Assembly: GCA_964016885.1 (NCBI GenBank)
Contig: OZ024744.1
Location: 620,001-684,000 of the forward strand
Reading direction: 5' to 3'
Source: Eledone cirrhosa
Taxonomy: Eukaryota
DNA length: 64,000 bases
The notes beneath the pieces are model-generated. The model had not been told where the DNA came from. It worked only from the letters and a program-made list of their open reading frames with translations, and ran no database searches. Shown here one piece after another: positions 62,801-64,000 of the stretch. The first letter of the stretch is position 1. Each line of letters starts with the position of its first letter. The translations under genes were made by a program, and so were the position numbers.

Positions 62801-64000
62801 AGCTTGGTGAAGAACGACGTTTTGAGGGAAGACAAGGTATAGAAAGATAGGTTGGTGAAGAACGACGTTTTCGGGGAAGAAAAGGTAGAGAAAGATAGCT
62901 TGGTGAAGAACAAAGTTTTGGGGGAAGACAAGGTAGAGAAAGATAGCTTGGTGAAGAACGAAGTATTGAGGGAAGACTCGGTAGAGAAAGATAGCTTGGT
63001 GAAGAACGAAGTTTTGAGGGAAGACAAGGTAGAGAAAGATAGCTTGGTGAAGAACGAGGTTTTGAGGGAAGACAATGTAGAGAAAGATAGCTTGGTGAAG
63101 AACGAAGTTTTGGGGGAAGACAAGGTAGAGAAAGATAGCTTGGTGAAGAACGAAGTTTTGGGGGATGACAAAGTAGAGAAAGATAGCTTGGTGAAGAACG
63201 AAGTTTTGGGGGAAGACAAGGTAGAGAAAGATAGCTTGATGAAGAACGAAGTTTTGGGGGAAGACAAGGAAGAGAAAGATAGCTTGGTGAAGAACGAAGT
63301 TTTGAGGGAAGACAAGGTAGAGAAAGATAGCTTGGTGAAGAACGAAGTTTTGGGGGAAGACAAGGTAGAGAAAGATAGCTTGGTGAAGAACGAAGTTTTG
63401 CGGGAAGACAAGGTAGAGAAATATAGCTCGGTGAAGAACGAAGTTTTGAGGGAAGACAAGGTAGAGAAAGATAGCTTGGTGAAGAACGAAGTTTTGCGGG
63501 AAGACAAGGTAGAGAAATATAGCTCGGTGAAGAACGAAGTTTTGAGGGAAGACAAGGTAGAGAAAGATAGCTTGGTGAAGAACGAAGTTTTGAGGAAGAC
63601 AAGGTAGAGAAAGATAGCTTGGTGAAGAACGAAGTTATGAGGGAAGACAAGGTAGAGAAAGATAGTTGGTGAAGAACGAAGTTTTGAGGGAAGACAAGGT
63701 AGAGAAAGATAGCTTGGTGAAGAACGACGTTTTGAGGGAAGACAAGGTAGAGAAAGAAAGCTTGGTGAAGAACGAAGTTTTGGGGGAAGACAAGGTAGAG
63801 AAAGATAGCTTGATGAAGTACGAAGTTTTGGGGGAAGACAAGGTAGAGAAAGATAGCTTGGTGAAGAACGACGTTTTGTGGGAAGACAAGGTAGAGAAAC
63901 ATAGTTGGTGAAGAACGAAGTTTTGAGGGAAGACAAGGTAGAGAAAGATAGCTTGATGAAGAACGAAGATTTGAGGGAAGACAAGGTAGAGAAAGATAGC

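Larger units (their letters stand above)
1..64000. repeat. 48-bp tandem satellite array (about 1,340 head-to-tail monomers), extending beyond both window edges
   Basis: The monomer TTGGTGAAGAACGAAGTTTTGRGGGAAGACAAGGTAGAGAAAGATAGC recurs on every line. The first full unit starts at 43 and the window ends on ...AAAGATAGC. Most units differ from consensus by 0-3 substitutions or a 1-bp deletion, and all are in the same orientation. Confidence 0.99.

Noticed and set aside
186-63911. Plus-strand ORFs of 60-251 aa as a multigene family
   Set aside because: They are pure repeat translations that mostly begin at the repeat's TTG, have no unique N- or C-termini or intergenic DNA, and are delimited by frameshifting deletions.
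155-63984. Very long minus-strand ORFs (up to 3721 aa)
   Set aside because: The consensus has no TTA, CTA or TCA on the + strand, so all three minus frames are open by default. The ORFs overlap in all frames, switch among three peptide repeats at each 47-bp unit, and end only at sporadic variants such as GTTATG, GACTAG and AATCTAG.
1-64000. CRISPR array or a variable-cassette (diversity-generating) locus
   Set aside because: There are no unique spacers, since all 48 bp are conserved. There is no palindromic repeat, leader, cas, recombinase or reverse transcriptase gene. The variation is explained by point mutation plus duplication.
1-64000. Nucleosome phasing from 3x48=144 or 4x48=192 bp
   Set aside because: This is a numerical coincidence. 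No array-wide trimer or tetramer periodicity is visible in the variants.
1-64000. Programmed frameshifting restoring one giant protein
   Set aside because: It would need on the order of a hundred or more shifts at several different sites plus readthrough of many in-frame TAG codons, and no consistent recoding signal is present.

Overview
The whole 64-kb window is one uninterrupted, single-orientation tandem satellite array of roughly 1,330-1,350 copies (64,000/48, slightly more because many units are 47 bp) of a 48-bp monomer. The consensus is TTGGTGAAGAACGAAGTTTTG(A/G)GGGAAGACAAGGTAGAGAAAGATAGC (A19 G17 T9 C3, so 75% purine on the + strand and about 42% GC). I see no unique sequence, inversion, transposon insertion, RNA gene, CRISPR spacer or credible protein-coding gene. 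The huge minus-strand ORFs exist only because the consensus lacks TTA/CTA/TCA. The plus-strand ORFs are the repeat LVKNEVL(R/G)EDKVEKDS, broken every few hundred bp by frameshifts and stops. The real information is in the order of variant monomers. It shows nested duplications and higher-order repeats (offsets of 190, 383, 958, 1052, 1673, about 2000, 2294, 2583, 3731-3779, 3917, 4064, about 4600 and about 14,000 bp) and a left-to-right turnover of diagnostic variants. I cannot assign the organism or satellite family from sequence alone. I found no support for a new gene-based system. The most interesting open questions are whether the monomer derives from a coding repeat and how the higher-order structure arose. 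Duplication boundaries are approximate (about one monomer).
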